From the NCBI GenBank assembly GCA_044345055.1, contig JBIJBT010000028.1:1-32329 (forward strand): 32,329 nucleotides of DNA, given 5' to 3'. Position numbers and translations under genes: made by a program. The notes under the pieces are model-generated. The model did not search any database and had not been told where the DNA came from. It worked only from the letters and a program-made list of their open reading frames with translations. Shown one piece after another: positions 1 to 10,965 of this stretch. The DNA comes from Bdellovibrionota bacterium. GTDB taxonomy: Bacteria; Bdellovibrionota_C; UBA2361; OMIW01. How positions within the stretch are numbered: the first letter of the stretch is position 1; each line of letters begins with the position of its first letter.

Positions 1-3000
1 AAACTATCTCTAGGGATCAAAACAAAAGGCCAGAAAACGGCTGGGGAGATGGGGCGGCTTTATTCGTTCGTTGATTTCTCCAAATTTTTGACTAAAGGCA
101 ACCCACCTCGGGGGCTCTTTATCTTGACGGTGAGATCGAAGGCTGAGCTTCAATCACCTCCAGATGTGCGTCGTCTCGATGAAAGGGATGCCGAACGGGC
201 GCTACGGCTTTATGCGGAGCAAGTTAAGCGGGTTGAAGAGTGTCGAGATACAACTACGTCTGATGAAAGCGGGGATAGCTCGAATAGTTCAGAAGCCGGA
301 TCTCCGGCCCCACTCTGCGATCAACGTCTCGTGCTTATCACCGACCTTGGGCTTGTCGCAAAACGAAATATCCGAAACGAACAAGATCTTTTCGTAATGT
401 CGTTTCGAAGCGGGAAACCGCTGCAGGGTGCCACCGTGTCTCTTCTCGGAAAAAACGGAGTTCCCCTCTTTACAGCGACTTCCTCATCAACGGGCCATGT
501 GCGATTCCCGTCGGCTGATACCTTTATCAACGAAAAAACTCCGACTACCTATACTGTAACCTACAAAGAAGACTTTTCCTTTCTCCCATACAATCGCGGC
601 GATCGAACAATCAATCTGTCGCGGTTTGATACTGGAGGGGTACACGATAGCGAGGAGTTTAATTCGCTCCAGAGCTATCTATTTACCGATCGTGGAATAT
701 ATCGACCAGGGGATCAGGTACGTCTCGGATTGCTCCTACGAAAAAAAGGGTGGCAACCGCTACCAGCGGGTCTTCCGCTTGAGCTATCGATCACAGATTC
801 TCGAAATAAAGAGGTCTTCCGACAACCTATCTCATTCGATCAAACAGGCTTTTCCGAACTTCGTTGGGATACAAATCCAGATGGTGCAACCGGCACATAT
901 AGGGCATCGCTCCATCTTTTTAGCCAAAAAGTAAATGATAGACTCGCGCAGATTGGTGGTACCTCGTTCCGAGTAGACGAATTTCAGCCCGATCGGCTTT
1001 CGGTAAAAACTGAGATACAACCTGAAATCGGAGCAACATTTGTAAATCAACGGGATGCTCGAGCACGGGTTGCCGTTCGCAATCTTTTTGGCACGGCGGC
1101 CGTTGGAGCAAAAGCCTCGGCAGAGATTACTGTCCGACCTTGGTCAGGGAATTTGCCCAAGTACGAAAACTATCGTTTTCGCCGTACTAAACGAGAAGAT
1201 CTGCCGACCTCAGCAGAGAAGCTTGGCGAACAGGAGACTGATGAGAACGGACAAGCTGTATTTGCGCTCGATTTAGAGAAGTACCAGGAACCGATCTTTG
1301 AGTTCACCGTTGCTGGGGAGGGGTTTGAGAAGGGCTCTGGGCGTTCGGTCGTCGCGACCGCTTCAACGATCGCTTCGTCGCTCCCATATCTTGTCGGATT
1401 TAAGCCGGACGGCGATCTCGATTTTATTTCAAAGGATGGTGTTCGCTCTATTGAGCTGATAGCGGTTGATACTCTCGGTAATCGAGCATCTTCGGAGGGT
1501 CTCACTGCGACCCTTTTCGAGGATCGATACGAATCTACCCTTGTAAAACAACCAAACGGTTTATACGCTTACCAGTCGGTCGAAAAGGCAACTCTTATCT
1601 CGGAATCGCCCCTTACTATAAATCGTGAGGGAACCCGATTCCAGCTTGCAACGAAAGAGCCAGGACGATTTCGAGTCGTCTTCGCGGACAGCAAGAAGCA
1701 GGAACTCCTCTCCGTTTCCTACAATGTAGCGGGGGAGGGTAATGTTACCAAGAGTCTCGAGCGGAACGCTGAGCTCACAATCACACTCGACAAACGAGAA
1801 TACGCACCGGGTAGTGAGATGATGGTGAATATCGTATCTCCGTACTCAGGATCGGGGCTTATAACGATCGAATCAGACACTGTACATGCTCATCAATGGT
1901 TCTCGAGTACGACAACTGCGAGTGCGCATCGAATAAAAGTTCCAAAAGAACTAAAGGGTAACGCCTACCTATCGGTTGCGTTCGTGCGTTCATTTGATTC
2001 TCCCGAGATCTTTATGAGCCCGCTGAGCTACGGGGTTGTTCCATTCTCAGTTTCGCGCGCGGAATTTACCGCACCGATTGAGCTTAAGGCACCCGCAGAA
2101 GTTGTTCCTGGGACAGATCTACCTGTAACTGTGACTCTTGCCGAAAAAGGGAAGTTGCTTCTTTTTGCAGTTGATGAGGGTATCTTGCAGTTCGCGCGAT
2201 ACAAAAATCCTCAGCCACTCGATCATTTTTTCAGGAAGCGTGCGCTACAGGTTGATACATATCAGATACTAGACCTAATTTTGCCTGAATTTGACCTAGT
2301 TCAAAAACTCAGCAGCACCGGCGGAGATGAAGATAGCGGCGCGGGTAAATATAAGAATCCTTTTGCTCGCAAAAATAAGGCTCCGATGGCTTTTTGGTCC
2401 GGTTTAGTCGAGAAAAATGCTGGGAGTCACGAGGTTGCAATACCAATACCTGATTACTTTAGCGGTGCAGTCCGCATTCTTGCTGTCTCGGCATCAGGAG
2501 ATCGGATTGGAACAGCTGATTCCAAAGTACTCGCAAAGGGTCCATTCATAATTCAGCCGCAACAGCCATACGCCGTTGCTCCTGGTGATGAATTTGAAGT
2601 TGGAGCTCTTATCGGTAATAACACCGAAAAAACAGCGCTTTCCGTTTCGATAGTCACTCCACCGAATCTTTCGGTAATTTCGGAAAATCCGATTGCACTT
2701 GATATCGCCTCTGGTGGGGATTCACCGGTGCGATTTCGGGTGAAAGCAGGAGAGTCGCTTGGTCCGGTCGAGCTTTTCTATGATGTAGCACATGCTACAA
2801 AGGACGGAGATCCGAAACAAAAAGCTGCTATTTCGTTCTCAACGAGTGAGACGATGAGTATAAGACCTGCGGCTCCCTTTGTTGTCCTAAACACCCAAGG
2901 ACGGCTTCCTGTTGATGATCAGAGAAATGGCAAAGTTGCAAAATTTGAAACATCAAGAGATCTTTTTCGGGAGTTTCGTGATGTTCAGACCTCAATATCA

Positions 3001-4431
3001 ACAACCCCATTTGGATTGTTGCGCGGTGTCGTTCGATATCTAAAAGAGTACCCATACGGATGTACCGAGCAGATCGTCAGCCAGTCTTTCCCAGCTCTTC
3101 TACTTGGAAAGAATGTTGAGCTAGGATTTTCTCCAGCAGATACCGATAAGTTCGTTCAGAGGTCGATAAAGACTTTGGCATCGCGGCAACAGGACACCGG
3201 AGCTTTTGGATTATGGTCACGTCTCGGTGATGCCGACCCATTCTATTCAGTCTATGCGGCCCACTTCCTTGTCGTATCACGCAATCTCGGGGTTTCCGTG
3301 CCATCGTATATGTACGATGAGGCGCTCCGATATTTGCGCGACTACACCACATCAGTTACCTACTCATGGAGCGATTATCGAGCGCAAGCCTACGCTCTAT
3401 ATGTGCTTGGCATTGCTGGTGAGATGGTAACAGACAAAATACGCCGCCTTGAGTCGGTGGTAGAGAATCGATTCGGGAACGGTGGAAGTAATGAGGCATG
3501 GGTTCGGTTTCTTCTAGCGGCTGCGTACAAGGTCCATCAGCTAGATGGTGACGCTGAGCGTTGGTACGGCCAAATTACCACCGAGTGGCAAAAAACTGGT
3601 TCGCTGCCGTGGAACATTGGGCGCGATCCCGCAGTTCTCGGGCTCTATCTGTACCTGACCCACGAACATTTCCAGAGCTCAATTAAAGATAAGAAGTTTG
3701 AACATTATCTTTGGGAGCTTTCGCAGGAGATGCTAAAAGGACGGATGCATTCGCTTAGTGGGTCATTCGCACTTCTCGGGTTAGGAGCATTCTGGGAAAA
3801 ATTTGGTCGGGAAAGCGAGGGCTCTTTTACCGTAACAGCCCAACATGGTGCTGATGCTGCGCAGGAGCTTTCTCTAAATGGGTACGCAGTAAAACGCGCA
3901 GCTATTTCTAGTGATGATACGACACTCACTCTCAAGGGCGATGGCTCGCATCAGCTCTATTATCAGTTGATGGAGGCAGGATTCGATCGAGATGCCGCAA
4001 ATGCTGAGCGAATAAACGGAATTGGTCTGACCCGTCGCCTTCGTACTGCTGGGAGGGATGATGCAACGTCTCTAGCGGTAACCGATAAACTCATTTACGA
4101 GATTACAATTAATCCAAGCCAGGCGGTTAATGATCTCGCAGTTGTTGCGATCATCCCCGGTGGCTTTGAAATTGATCTTTCCGAAGAGGGACTGGGCCGC
4201 CGCACCTCGCTGCCGGTACCAGGTGAGAGCTGGAAGCCGGAACATATAGAGGTACAGGAGGATCGGGTTGTCTTTTTTGGAGATATTGGTGCTGAGCCGA
4301 AACGTTTTGCGTTTGCTCTGAAGCCCCTGACAAAAGGGCGCTATAATGTGCCGCCTCTTTTTGCTGAAGGTATGTATGATCCGGAGATACAGTATCGTGG
4401 AGTGTCAGGGATAATTGAGGTGCGAGATTAG
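1..4431 (+). CDS. Bacterial alpha-2-macroglobulin (YfhM-like), 5'-truncated by window edge
   Basis: Frame is open from base 1, so ATG 49 is probably internal. MG-domain motifs TDLGL and FTDRGIYRPG, AVDEGILQ, and an intact thioester motif YPYGCTEQ. Adjacent to pbpC, the usual partner. Confidence 0.95.
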   Translation, partial: KLSLGIKTKGQKTAGEMGRLYSFVDFSKFLTKGNPPRGLFILTVRSKAELQSPPDVRRLDERDAERALRLYAEQVKRVEECRDTTTSDESGDSSNSSEAGSPAPLCDQRLVLITDLGLVAKRNIRNEQDLFVMSFRSGKPLQGATVSLLGKNGVPLFTATSSSTGHVRFPSADTFINEKTPTTYTVTYKEDFSFLPYNRGDRTINLSRFDTGGVHDSEEFNSLQSYLFTDRGIYRPGDQVRLGLLLRKKGWQPLPAGLPLELSITDSRNKEVFRQPISFDQTGFSELRWDTNPDGATGTYRASLHLFSQKVNDRLAQIGGTSFRVDEFQPDRLSVKTEIQPEIGATFVNQRDARARVAVRNLFGTAAVGAKASAEITVRPWSGNLPKYENYRFRRTKREDLPTSAEKLGEQETDENGQAVFALDLEKYQEPIFEFTVAGEGFEKGSGRSVVATASTIASSLPYLVGFKPDGDLDFISKDGVRSIELIAVDTLGNRASSEGLTATLFEDRYESTLVKQPNGLYAYQSVEKATLISESPLTINREGTRFQLATKEPGRFRVVFADSKKQELLSVSYNVAGEGNVTKSLERNAELTITLDKREYAPGSEMMVNIVSPYSGSGLITIESDTVHAHQWFSSTTTASAHRIKVPKELKGNAYLSVAFVRSFDSPEIFMSPLSYGVVPFSVSRAEFTAPIELKAPAEVVPGTDLPVTVTLAEKGKLLLFAVDEGILQFARYKNPQPLDHFFRKRALQVDTYQILDLILPEFDLVQKLSSTGGDEDSGAGKYKNPFARKNKAPMAFWSGLVEKNAGSHEVAIPIPDYFSGAVRILAVSASGDRIGTADSKVLAKGPFIIQPQQPYAVAPGDEFEVGALIGNNTEKTALSVSIVTPPNLSVISENPIALDIASGGDSPVRFRVKAGESLGPVELFYDVAHATKDGDPKQKAAISFSTSETMSIRPAAPFVVLNTQGRLPVDDQRNGKVAKFETSRDLFREFRDVQTSISTTPFGLLRGVVRYLKEYPYGCTEQIVSQSFPALLLGKNVELGFSPADTDKFVQRSIKTLASRQQDTGAFGLWSRLGDADPFYSVYAAHFLVVSRNLGVSVPSYMYDEALRYLRDYTTSVTYSWSDYRAQAYALYVLGIAGEMVTDKIRRLESVVENRFGNGGSNEAWVRFLLAAAYKVHQLDGDAERWYGQITTEWQKTGSLPWNIGRDPAVLGLYLYLTHEHFQSSIKDKKFEHYLWELSQEMLKGRMHSLSGSFALLGLGAFWEKFGRESEGSFTVTAQHGADAAQELSLNGYAVKRAAISSDDTTLTLKGDGSHQLYYQLMEAGFDRDAANAERINGIGLTRRLRTAGRDDATSLAVTDKLIYEITINPSQAVNDLAVVAIIPGGFEIDLSEEGLGRRTSLPVPGESWKPEHIEVQEDRVVFFGDIGAEPKRFAFALKPLTKGRYNVPPLFAEGMYDPEIQYRGVSGIIEVRD

Positions 4432-6845
4432 TGCTACCGCGAACTATTCTCGTATCGGCATTAAAGAGAGTTAAGGACGTTTGGTGTTCAATCGTTCACA
4501 CGGCTCTCCACCTTGGTCAATCTTCGCATACTCGTATCAGTCTCGTACTTTTTATCCTTATATGTTTTCTCTATCTGTTGCCCGCTCTTCTTTTTACGAA
4601 GCCACTCCTTGCAAATCGTGAGAACAGCTCTCGCGCTGTTCTCAACCGAGATGGTGGACTGATTCAGGTAACACTTACAGGTGATGAAAAGTATCGGCTC
4701 TGGACTCCACTTACAGAAATCTCACCCGCAGTAATTGATGCAACTATCCGTTATGAGGATAGGTGGTATTGGTATCATCCCGGAATAAATCCTTTTGCAA
4801 TTTTCCGAGCAATCGGTCACAACGTTAAACACACAGGCACCCGTCCGATTGGGGGCTCGACGATCACGATGCAGCTCGTCCGCAAGCGATTCCGAATGCC
4901 GACCCGCTCTATTACTGGAAAGCTTCAGCAGATATTCAACGCGCTTCTTGTTGAGTATTATTACTCAAAGAGGGAGATCCTTGAGGCTTATCTTAATACC
5001 GCGCCATACGGGGCTAATATCGAGGGCATAGGTGCTGCTGCGCGCATATACTACCGCATCCCTGCATCCCAACTTTCTCACTCGCAGGCAAAACTCCTTT
5101 CTCTGATTCCACAAAATCCTGGCCATCGAGCCCCTGTTTCTGAAACGAATAGAGAGAGGCTCGTTTCGGTTGGATTGCGCCAAGATCTCGATGAGTCCTT
5201 CTCGCAAAAGCTCGATACTGTTTTCGGTACTCGAAATGAGCTTCCCAAACACGCGCCTCATTTCGTTAATCGCGTCGTTCAGCTCGCTGGTCGTCCGGGT
5301 GAGCTGAGGACCACCCTTTGTCCAGTGACTCAACGGCTCGTTGAGCGGGCGCTTTCTCGCTTTATTGAACAGAATCGTTCTCTCGGTTTTTCAAACGGGA
5401 CGGCTATGGTTGTTGATTCAGCAACTATGGAGGTGCTCGCCTATGTTGGGTCGGCAAATTATACAGACACGAACATTAAAGGCTTCGTTAATGGGCTTGC
5501 TGCAAAACGTTCTCCGGGCTCGGCACTCAAACCGTTCATATACGGGCTTGCGATTGATCACGGTCTTATTAATCCTGAAACCCTCCTCAAAGACACGCCG
5601 CTGCGGATCGCGAACTACCATCCAGAAAATTTCGAGCGTAATTTTCTCGGGCCACTCTCTGCGACTGAAGCACTGGTTCGGAGCCGTAATATCCCAGCAA
5701 TTGAGCTCGCACGAGCACTAAAAAATCCATCACTATTCGATTTTTTCCGCAATGCTGCTTTCTCGCTTTTACATACCGAAGAGCACTACGGTCTTGCTCT
5801 TGCGCTCGGATCATTTGAGGTATCGATGGAGCAGGTATTGGCCGCGTACGCTATGCTTAGCGATGGAGCAGGGCGCTACCGTCCTCTTTCATGGTTTGGC
5901 CCGTCAGACGATGAGGGTACTCAGCTGTTATCTCCTGAGGCTGCATATCTCGTCCACGAGATGCTAAAAAAAAATCCGCGCCCACATCAACTCTTTGGAG
6001 CACATTCATTCAACTCGCACCAACCAGTAGCGTGGAAGACCGGCACTTCATTCGGAGCAAAGGACGCCTGGGCGATCGGTATTATTGAATCACTTGTAGT
6101 AGGGGTATGGCTCGGAAATTTCGATGCAACTCCTAATCCTAATTTTGTTGGGCGCGATGCTGCAGGCCCACTCCTTTTTTCGATTATTGACGGTATCCGG
6201 GCCGAGCTTTCTCCATCGCCATCTCGCCGCCCGTTACCTCGCAATCTTAAAAGTATAGAGCTTTGCGCTCTTTCTGGTGCACCCGCAGGCCCGCACTGTC
6301 CTCATAAACGATCAGGATGGGTAGTCCCTGGTGTTTCACCGATTCGCCACTGCTCGGTTCATCGCGAGATACTAATCGATACCGCTACTGGACTGCGCCT
6401 CTGCGATGGTGCTCAACAGCGACTTAATCATCCCGAAACCGCGTCGACCGCTACATCGTTTCGCCGTGAAGTATACGAAGTTTGGGACACTGATCTACTT
6501 CGTCTCTTCACACTAGCGGGTCTCTCTCGAAAAACACCCCCTCCTTTTCATAGCCTCTGCACCACTCCTGATCGGGCCGATGCAATTATTCGCCCTCCTC
6601 GTATAACATCACCACAAGAGGGAATTAGTTATCAGCTTCGTCCTAATTCTTCGACTATGGTCGAACTCTTCGCCATCGCTGATGGTGGTCGTCGTGCACT
6701 CTATTGGTTCGTTAATGAGCAGTTTGTCGGCGAAGGCTCTTCAGTGATGTGGCACGCGCGACCGGGAGATTTTTTAGTACGGGTAGTAGATGATCAGGGA
6801 CAGGGAGAGGTGCGACAGCTGCGAGTAGTATGGGCGAGTGGATGA
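4431..6845 (+). CDS. pbpC: Penicillin-binding protein 1C (transglycosylase/transpeptidase)
   Basis: N-terminal hydrophobic anchor; transglycosylase motifs YEDRWY, GGSTITMQL, EILEAYLNTAPYG; transpeptidase SxxK (SALK), SxN (SRN), KTG; C-terminal BiPBP-like domain. GTG start overlaps the A2M stop by 1 nt; the true start could be downstream. Confidence 0.93.
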   Translation: MLPRTILVSALKRVKDVWCSIVHTALHLGQSSHTRISLVLFILICFLYLLPALLFTKPLLANRENSSRAVLNRDGGLIQVTLTGDEKYRLWTPLTEISPAVIDATIRYEDRWYWYHPGINPFAIFRAIGHNVKHTGTRPIGGSTITMQLVRKRFRMPTRSITGKLQQIFNALLVEYYYSKREILEAYLNTAPYGANIEGIGAAARIYYRIPASQLSHSQAKLLSLIPQNPGHRAPVSETNRERLVSVGLRQDLDESFSQKLDTVFGTRNELPKHAPHFVNRVVQLAGRPGELRTTLCPVTQRLVERALSRFIEQNRSLGFSNGTAMVVDSATMEVLAYVGSANYTDTNIKGFVNGLAAKRSPGSALKPFIYGLAIDHGLINPETLLKDTPLRIANYHPENFERNFLGPLSATEALVRSRNIPAIELARALKNPSLFDFFRNAAFSLLHTEEHYGLALALGSFEVSMEQVLAAYAMLSDGAGRYRPLSWFGPSDDEGTQLLSPEAAYLVHEMLKKNPRPHQLFGAHSFNSHQPVAWKTGTSFGAKDAWAIGIIESLVVGVWLGNFDATPNPNFVGRDAAGPLLFSIIDGIRAELSPSPSRRPLPRNLKSIELCALSGAPAGPHCPHKRSGWVVPGVSPIRHCSVHREILIDTATGLRLCDGAQQRLNHPETASTATSFRREVYEVWDTDLLRLFTLAGLSRKTPPPFHSLCTTPDRADAIIRPPRITSPQEGISYQLRPNSSTMVELFAIADGGRRALYWFVNEQFVGEGSSVMWHARPGDFLVRVVDDQGQGEVRQLRVVWASG

Positions 6846-7111
6846 CCGTTTGTAGAAAACGATGTTTTTTCATGTTGTTTTAATCGTTTATACAAAAATG
6901 TTACACGACCATTCATTTGTCGGATCAATGCATCATTCAACGAGCTCTCATCAACTTTTATACGATTTTTCAATCTTTTTATCGTCGCTCTACTCGGGGT
7001 TGAGCATCTCAAAACTGATGAGGTGAGCTAAGCTCATGTCTTGTGCTGGTTGGAGTAGATCCCTTAGCATTGAGGGGAGACAACCTTTTTCGGCTGCTAA
7101 AAGCGTTACCT

Positions 7112-9580
7112 ATGAAATTACCAATAGAAAATCCGGTTCCTCTTCTGGCTCTTCGTGAACTCGTGGTGTTCCCCCAACAGGTAGTGCCACTCTTCGTAGG
7201 GCGAGAAAAAAGTGTTCGCGCGATTGAAGAATCTCAGCGAGAGGGCAAGCTCATTATGTTGGCGGCTCAAAAGGACGCCCGAACGAGCAATCCTCATCAA
7301 AACGATATCTTCGAGACCGGCACTCTTGGTGAGGTAGTTCAACTCATCCGGTTGCCCGATGGACCAATCAAGGTTCTGGTAGAGGGCAAGATGCGCGCTC
7401 GCATCAAGCGATTCGTCCAGGAGGACGATTTCATGTTGGTTGATGTAGAGGAAGTAACTCCACCAACCGAGGTAAGCACAGAGCTTAAAGCTCTTATGCG
7501 CTCGATTAATGCCACCTTTGACCAGTACGTTAAACTCGGTAAAAAGGTGAACCCCGAGATGATCGTGCAGGTTAATGCAATAGAGGATCCTTCGCGCCTC
7601 GCTGATGCAATAGTCGTTCAGCTCAATATCAAGCTGGAAGACAAGCAGGATATACTTGAGACAGTAGATCCGTATGAGCGGCTTGAGAAGATTCTCGGTC
7701 ACATGAAGAGTGAGATCGAAATTCTTCAGGTAGAAAAGCGGATCCGTAATCGGGTCAAAAAACAGATGGAGAAGACTCAAAAAGAGTACTATCTCAACGA
7801 GCAGATGAGAGCCATTCAGAAGGAGCTTGGCGAGAAGGATGATTTCCGCAACGAGATACAGGAGCTCGAGGATAAGCTCAAGGCAAAAGATATGCCTGAT
7901 GATGCGCGGGAAAAAACTGAGAAGGAGATTCGAAAGCTCAAGATGATGTCGCCGATGTCAGCAGAGGCAACGGTTGTACGAAATTACGTCGATTGGATGT
8001 TGGCGCTTCCTTGGAATGAGGTCTCCGAAGATCACATCGACATTAGTAAAGCTCGTGAGGTGCTCGAAGAGGACCATTACGGACTTGAAAAGGTGAAGGA
8101 GCGAATCCTTGAATATCTAGCGGTGCAAAAGCTTGTTGGTAAGATGAAGGGCCCTATTTTGTGCCTCGTTGGTCCTCCAGGGGTTGGAAAAACATCGCTT
8201 GGCAAATCAATCGCGAAGTCTACTGGACGAAAGTTTGTTCGGATAGCTCTTGGTGGTGTGCGCGATGAAGCGGAAATCCGAGGTCATCGTCGAACCTACA
8301 TTGGAGCTTTGCCAGGGAAAATTATACAGAGCCTAAAAAAGGCGGGAACAAGCAACCCCGTATTTCTCCTCGATGAGATCGACAAGATGTCGACCGATTT
8401 TCGGGGTGATCCATCGTCAGCACTTCTCGAGGTCCTAGATCCTGAACAGAACGATACGTTCAATGATCACTATCTCGATTGCGACTATGACCTTTCGAAG
8501 GTGATGTTTATTACAACAGCCAATACTCTGCATACGATTCCCCAGCCGCTGATGGATCGTATGGAGATAATCCGTCTATCAGGTTATACAGAGCTCGAGA
8601 AGCTCAATATCTCGAAGAAATATCTCTTTGAGAAACAGCTTAAAGAAAATGGACTTGAGCCTAACAACCTTGATATCGAAGACTCGGCGTATTTGCAGGT
8701 GATTCGTCGCTACACCCGAGAAGCGGGAGTGCGAAACCTTGAACGTGAGATCGCGACATTGTGTCGTAAGGCAGCGGTCGAGGTCGTTTCTAAAGGTGCG
8801 AATCATCACCTGACTATGACGGGGGATTCGGTTGTAAAATATCTTGGACAGCCGCGATTCCGTTACGGTAAGGGAGAAGAACAGGACCAGATTGGTCTTA
8901 CCACAGGGCTTGCGTGGACCGAGAAAGGGGGAGAGCTGCTCGTTATCGAGACCTCAGTTCTTCCTGGTAAGGGTCGCTTACAGATAACAGGGAAGCTCGG
9001 CGATGTGATGCAGGAATCAGCGCGCGCTGCCCTTAGCTATGTGCGGAGTCGTGCTGATGTGCTTGGTTTGAACAAAATGTTCTATGACCGAGTAGATATA
9101 CACGTCCATGTTCCTGAGGGTGCCATTCCAAAAGATGGTCCATCGGCGGGAATAACGATGGCGACCTCATTCGTGTCGGCGCTTACCGGTATTCCGGTCG
9201 ACAAGAATATTGCAATGACGGGTGAAATCACCCTTCGTGGTAATGTGCTTCCGATCGGTGGGCTTAAAGAAAAAGCACTCGCTGCTCATCGCGGCGGAAT
9301 CCGACGCATCGTTATTCCTAAGGAGAACGAAAACGACATCGAGGAGATTCCAGCGACTGTTCGTCAGGAGCTTGAATTTATCCCTGTAAGCCATGTTGAC
9401 GAAGTGTTGTTTGAGGCGTTGCTGTGTCGTGATGTTAAGGATTACCCGAAGCTGCTAGAGCGAAAAGTTGTACGAGATGAACTTCTCTTCGCTGAAGACG
9501 GCAAAAAGGGTGATGACATAACGGGTCAGGTCGGGGATGCGAATAATAAAGCAGGAGGCGCTACGGTAGTGACCCACTAA
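7112..9580 (+). CDS. lon: ATP-dependent Lon protease (LonA)
   Basis: Lon N-domain ([20 protein letters not shown]), Walker [10 protein letters not shown], Walker B LLDEIDK, catalytic PKDGPSAG and GGLKEK. ORF track opens at 7043; ATG 7112 fits the usual Lon N-terminus better. Confidence 0.98.
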   Translation: MKLPIENPVPLLALRELVVFPQQVVPLFVGREKSVRAIEESQREGKLIMLAAQKDARTSNPHQNDIFETGTLGEVVQLIRLPDGPIKVLVEGKMRARIKRFVQEDDFMLVDVEEVTPPTEVSTELKALMRSINATFDQYVKLGKKVNPEMIVQVNAIEDPSRLADAIVVQLNIKLEDKQDILETVDPYERLEKILGHMKSEIEILQVEKRIRNRVKKQMEKTQKEYYLNEQMRAIQKELGEKDDFRNEIQELEDKLKAKDMPDDAREKTEKEIRKLKMMSPMSAEATVVRNYVDWMLALPWNEVSEDHIDISKAREVLEEDHYGLEKVKERILEYLAVQKLVGKMKGPILCLVGPPGVGKTSLGKSIAKSTGRKFVRIALGGVRDEAEIRGHRRTYIGALPGKIIQSLKKAGTSNPVFLLDEIDKMSTDFRGDPSSALLEVLDPEQNDTFNDHYLDCDYDLSKVMFITTANTLHTIPQPLMDRMEIIRLSGYTELEKLNISKKYLFEKQLKENGLEPNNLDIEDSAYLQVIRRYTREAGVRNLEREIATLCRKAAVEVVSKGANHHLTMTGDSVVKYLGQPRFRYGKGEEQDQIGLTTGLAWTEKGGELLVIETSVLPGKGRLQITGKLGDVMQESARAALSYVRSRADVLGLNKMFYDRVDIHVHVPEGAIPKDGPSAGITMATSFVSALTGIPVDKNIAMTGEITLRGNVLPIGGLKEKALAAHRGGIRRIVIPKENENDIEEIPATVRQELEFIPVSHVDEVLFEALLCRDVKDYPKLLERKVVRDELLFAEDGKKGDDITGQVGDANNKAGGATVVTH

Positions 9581-9609
9581 AGTGGGTGGTATCGGAACGA
9601 TGCTTGCTT

Positions 9610-9671
9610 AAAAAAAGGGAGCTCTCTCTCAACAGTTTTCTCAAAAAAAGCTGTTGGAGAAGCCCCTTTTT
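9610..9671 (+). terminator. Long imperfect hairpin, probable intrinsic terminator of lon (possibly bidirectional)
   Basis: AAAAAAAGGGAGCTCTCTCTCAACAG ... CTGTTGGAGAAGCCCCTTTTT: imperfect inverted repeat flanked by an A-tract and a T-tract, 30 nt after the lon stop. Confidence 0.6.
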
Positions 9672-9757
9672 CCTTGGGGCTGCATAGGGATGATGAATCT
9701 CTGATTACAAATAGCAAAAGTTCAGATCTGAATCGTGCGAAAAGAGCTCCATAAGCG

Positions 9758-9786
9758 TTGACACCGCTCCTCTGCTAACTTATCCT
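9758..9786 (+). promoter_or_regulatory. Sigma70-type promoter for tRNA-Val
   Basis: TTGACA (9758-9763), 17 nt spacer, TATCCT (9781-9786), about 30 nt upstream of the tRNA. Confidence 0.8.
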
Positions 9787-9815
9787 CACTACCAGTTATC
9801 AACTCCGATTCTTTC

Positions 9816-9891
9816 GGGCGCTTAGCTCAGTTGGTAGAGCGGCAGCCTTACAAGCTGTAGGTCAGGGGTTCAAGTCCCTTAGCGCCCACCA
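9816..9891 (+). tRNA. tRNA-Val(TAC)
   Basis: 76 nt cloverleaf: acceptor GGGCGCT/AGCGCCC, D arm GCTC-AGTTGGTA-GAGC, anticodon arm GCAGC-CTTACAA-GCTGT, T arm AGGGG-TTCAAGT-CCCTT, encoded CCA. Confidence 0.98.
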
Positions 9892-9949
9892 GTCTCTCTC
9901 AGTTCAAAACTCCATAGACACATAAGAACAAAATTCGTCACATTGGGCA

Positions 9950-10965
9950 TAGTGCTTAATGGATTAAAGACGACCATTTAAAGTTCTCTTGCTGTGTCAA
10001 TATTTGTGCAAGACACAGCTAGCAAAGAAGATTCATATACGACCGAAAGACCGAGAGAAGCTTGAAGGCTTTTTGAACGGTCGAGGAGGCTCCGCGCTCA
10101 TTGCCCGGCGAGCTCAATGCTGTTTTGCCCCTTTCATATGTAGACTCGTCGAGTGAAGTTGCAGATGATCTTGGCTGGGATCCGAATAAGGTAATTCTAT
10201 GGCGAGAACAGTATCGAGAAGAAGGCGCAAATGGTCTGCTTGACTTCATCGTATTGAGGCTTCGAGGAAATACGACGGAGGGGCAGTATTGAAGCGAATA
10301 AAGAGACTCCTTGAGAAGGAGGCTCCAAATAGCCACGAGAAATAGACTGTCACTCTGTTGGGTGAAGCTCTTCAGATTAACCGCCATGTTGTGTGGCAGT
10401 GATTGCGTCGATAGCGGATCAGCCTAGCTCGTAAGAGTTCGTGATTTATTAGTAGCGCCCCAGAATTTGCTCGTAAAGGCCCGACATCTACCGCCCATAA
10501 ATGCCCTTGTTTTGTGAGTTGACGAAGAGCCGCAAATGCGAATGATTGAACGACAGCGAGGATATGGAAATGCTACTGATAGGAAATTTATTAGTGGATA
10601 AATAATGATCAGCAAAAAATGTGCCAAATGTTCTTTTGCGCATGAGAACCGTCATTTTAGAGCATGAGGATTCATGGAAGATTTATGTTATTATTGTTAA
10701 TCAACCGATTCATGAGATTGTGGAAGAGTTTTTTAGTTAGCATCCAAACCTGTCTCTTGACTACTCCCTAAAGAGGGCCGTCTGGATAGATCTCATAGAG
10801 ATTTGGTTTAGTTTCTTCTCTAGTTCTACCCTAGACGGATTCTACCCTTATTCCGCGAAGGAGCTTGCTGATCAAATGAGAGATTTATTCGGGTAACACA
10901 CAAAACCCCAAAACTGTTCATGTAGAGGGGGGAGAGGTGAGGGATCGCTAAATTAGATTTGGTAT
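9950..10965 (+). pseudogene. Degenerate IS630-family element / transposase pseudogene (ends approximate)
   Basis: Collinear fragments in different frames with stops: HTH SSEVADDLGWDPNKVILWREQYREEGANGLLD (~10150-10245); SSAPEFARK (10451); LPPINALVL*VDEEPQMRMIERQRGY (10488 on; IS630 PPxNALVLxVDEK motif); HPNLSLDYSLKRAVWIDLIEIWFS (10741 on; IS630 HPxxxFHFTPxxASWLNxVEIWFS motif). Confidence 0.85.

Noticed and set aside
7118..7780. 220 aa antisense ORF inside lon
   Set aside because: Entirely overlaps a highly conserved gene and has no motifs; typical antisense shadow.
10019..10627. Minus-strand ORFs 10019-10387 and 10424-10627, and 10101-10292 (+) as independent genes
   Set aside because: They are antisense shadows or a fragment of the decayed IS630 transposase.
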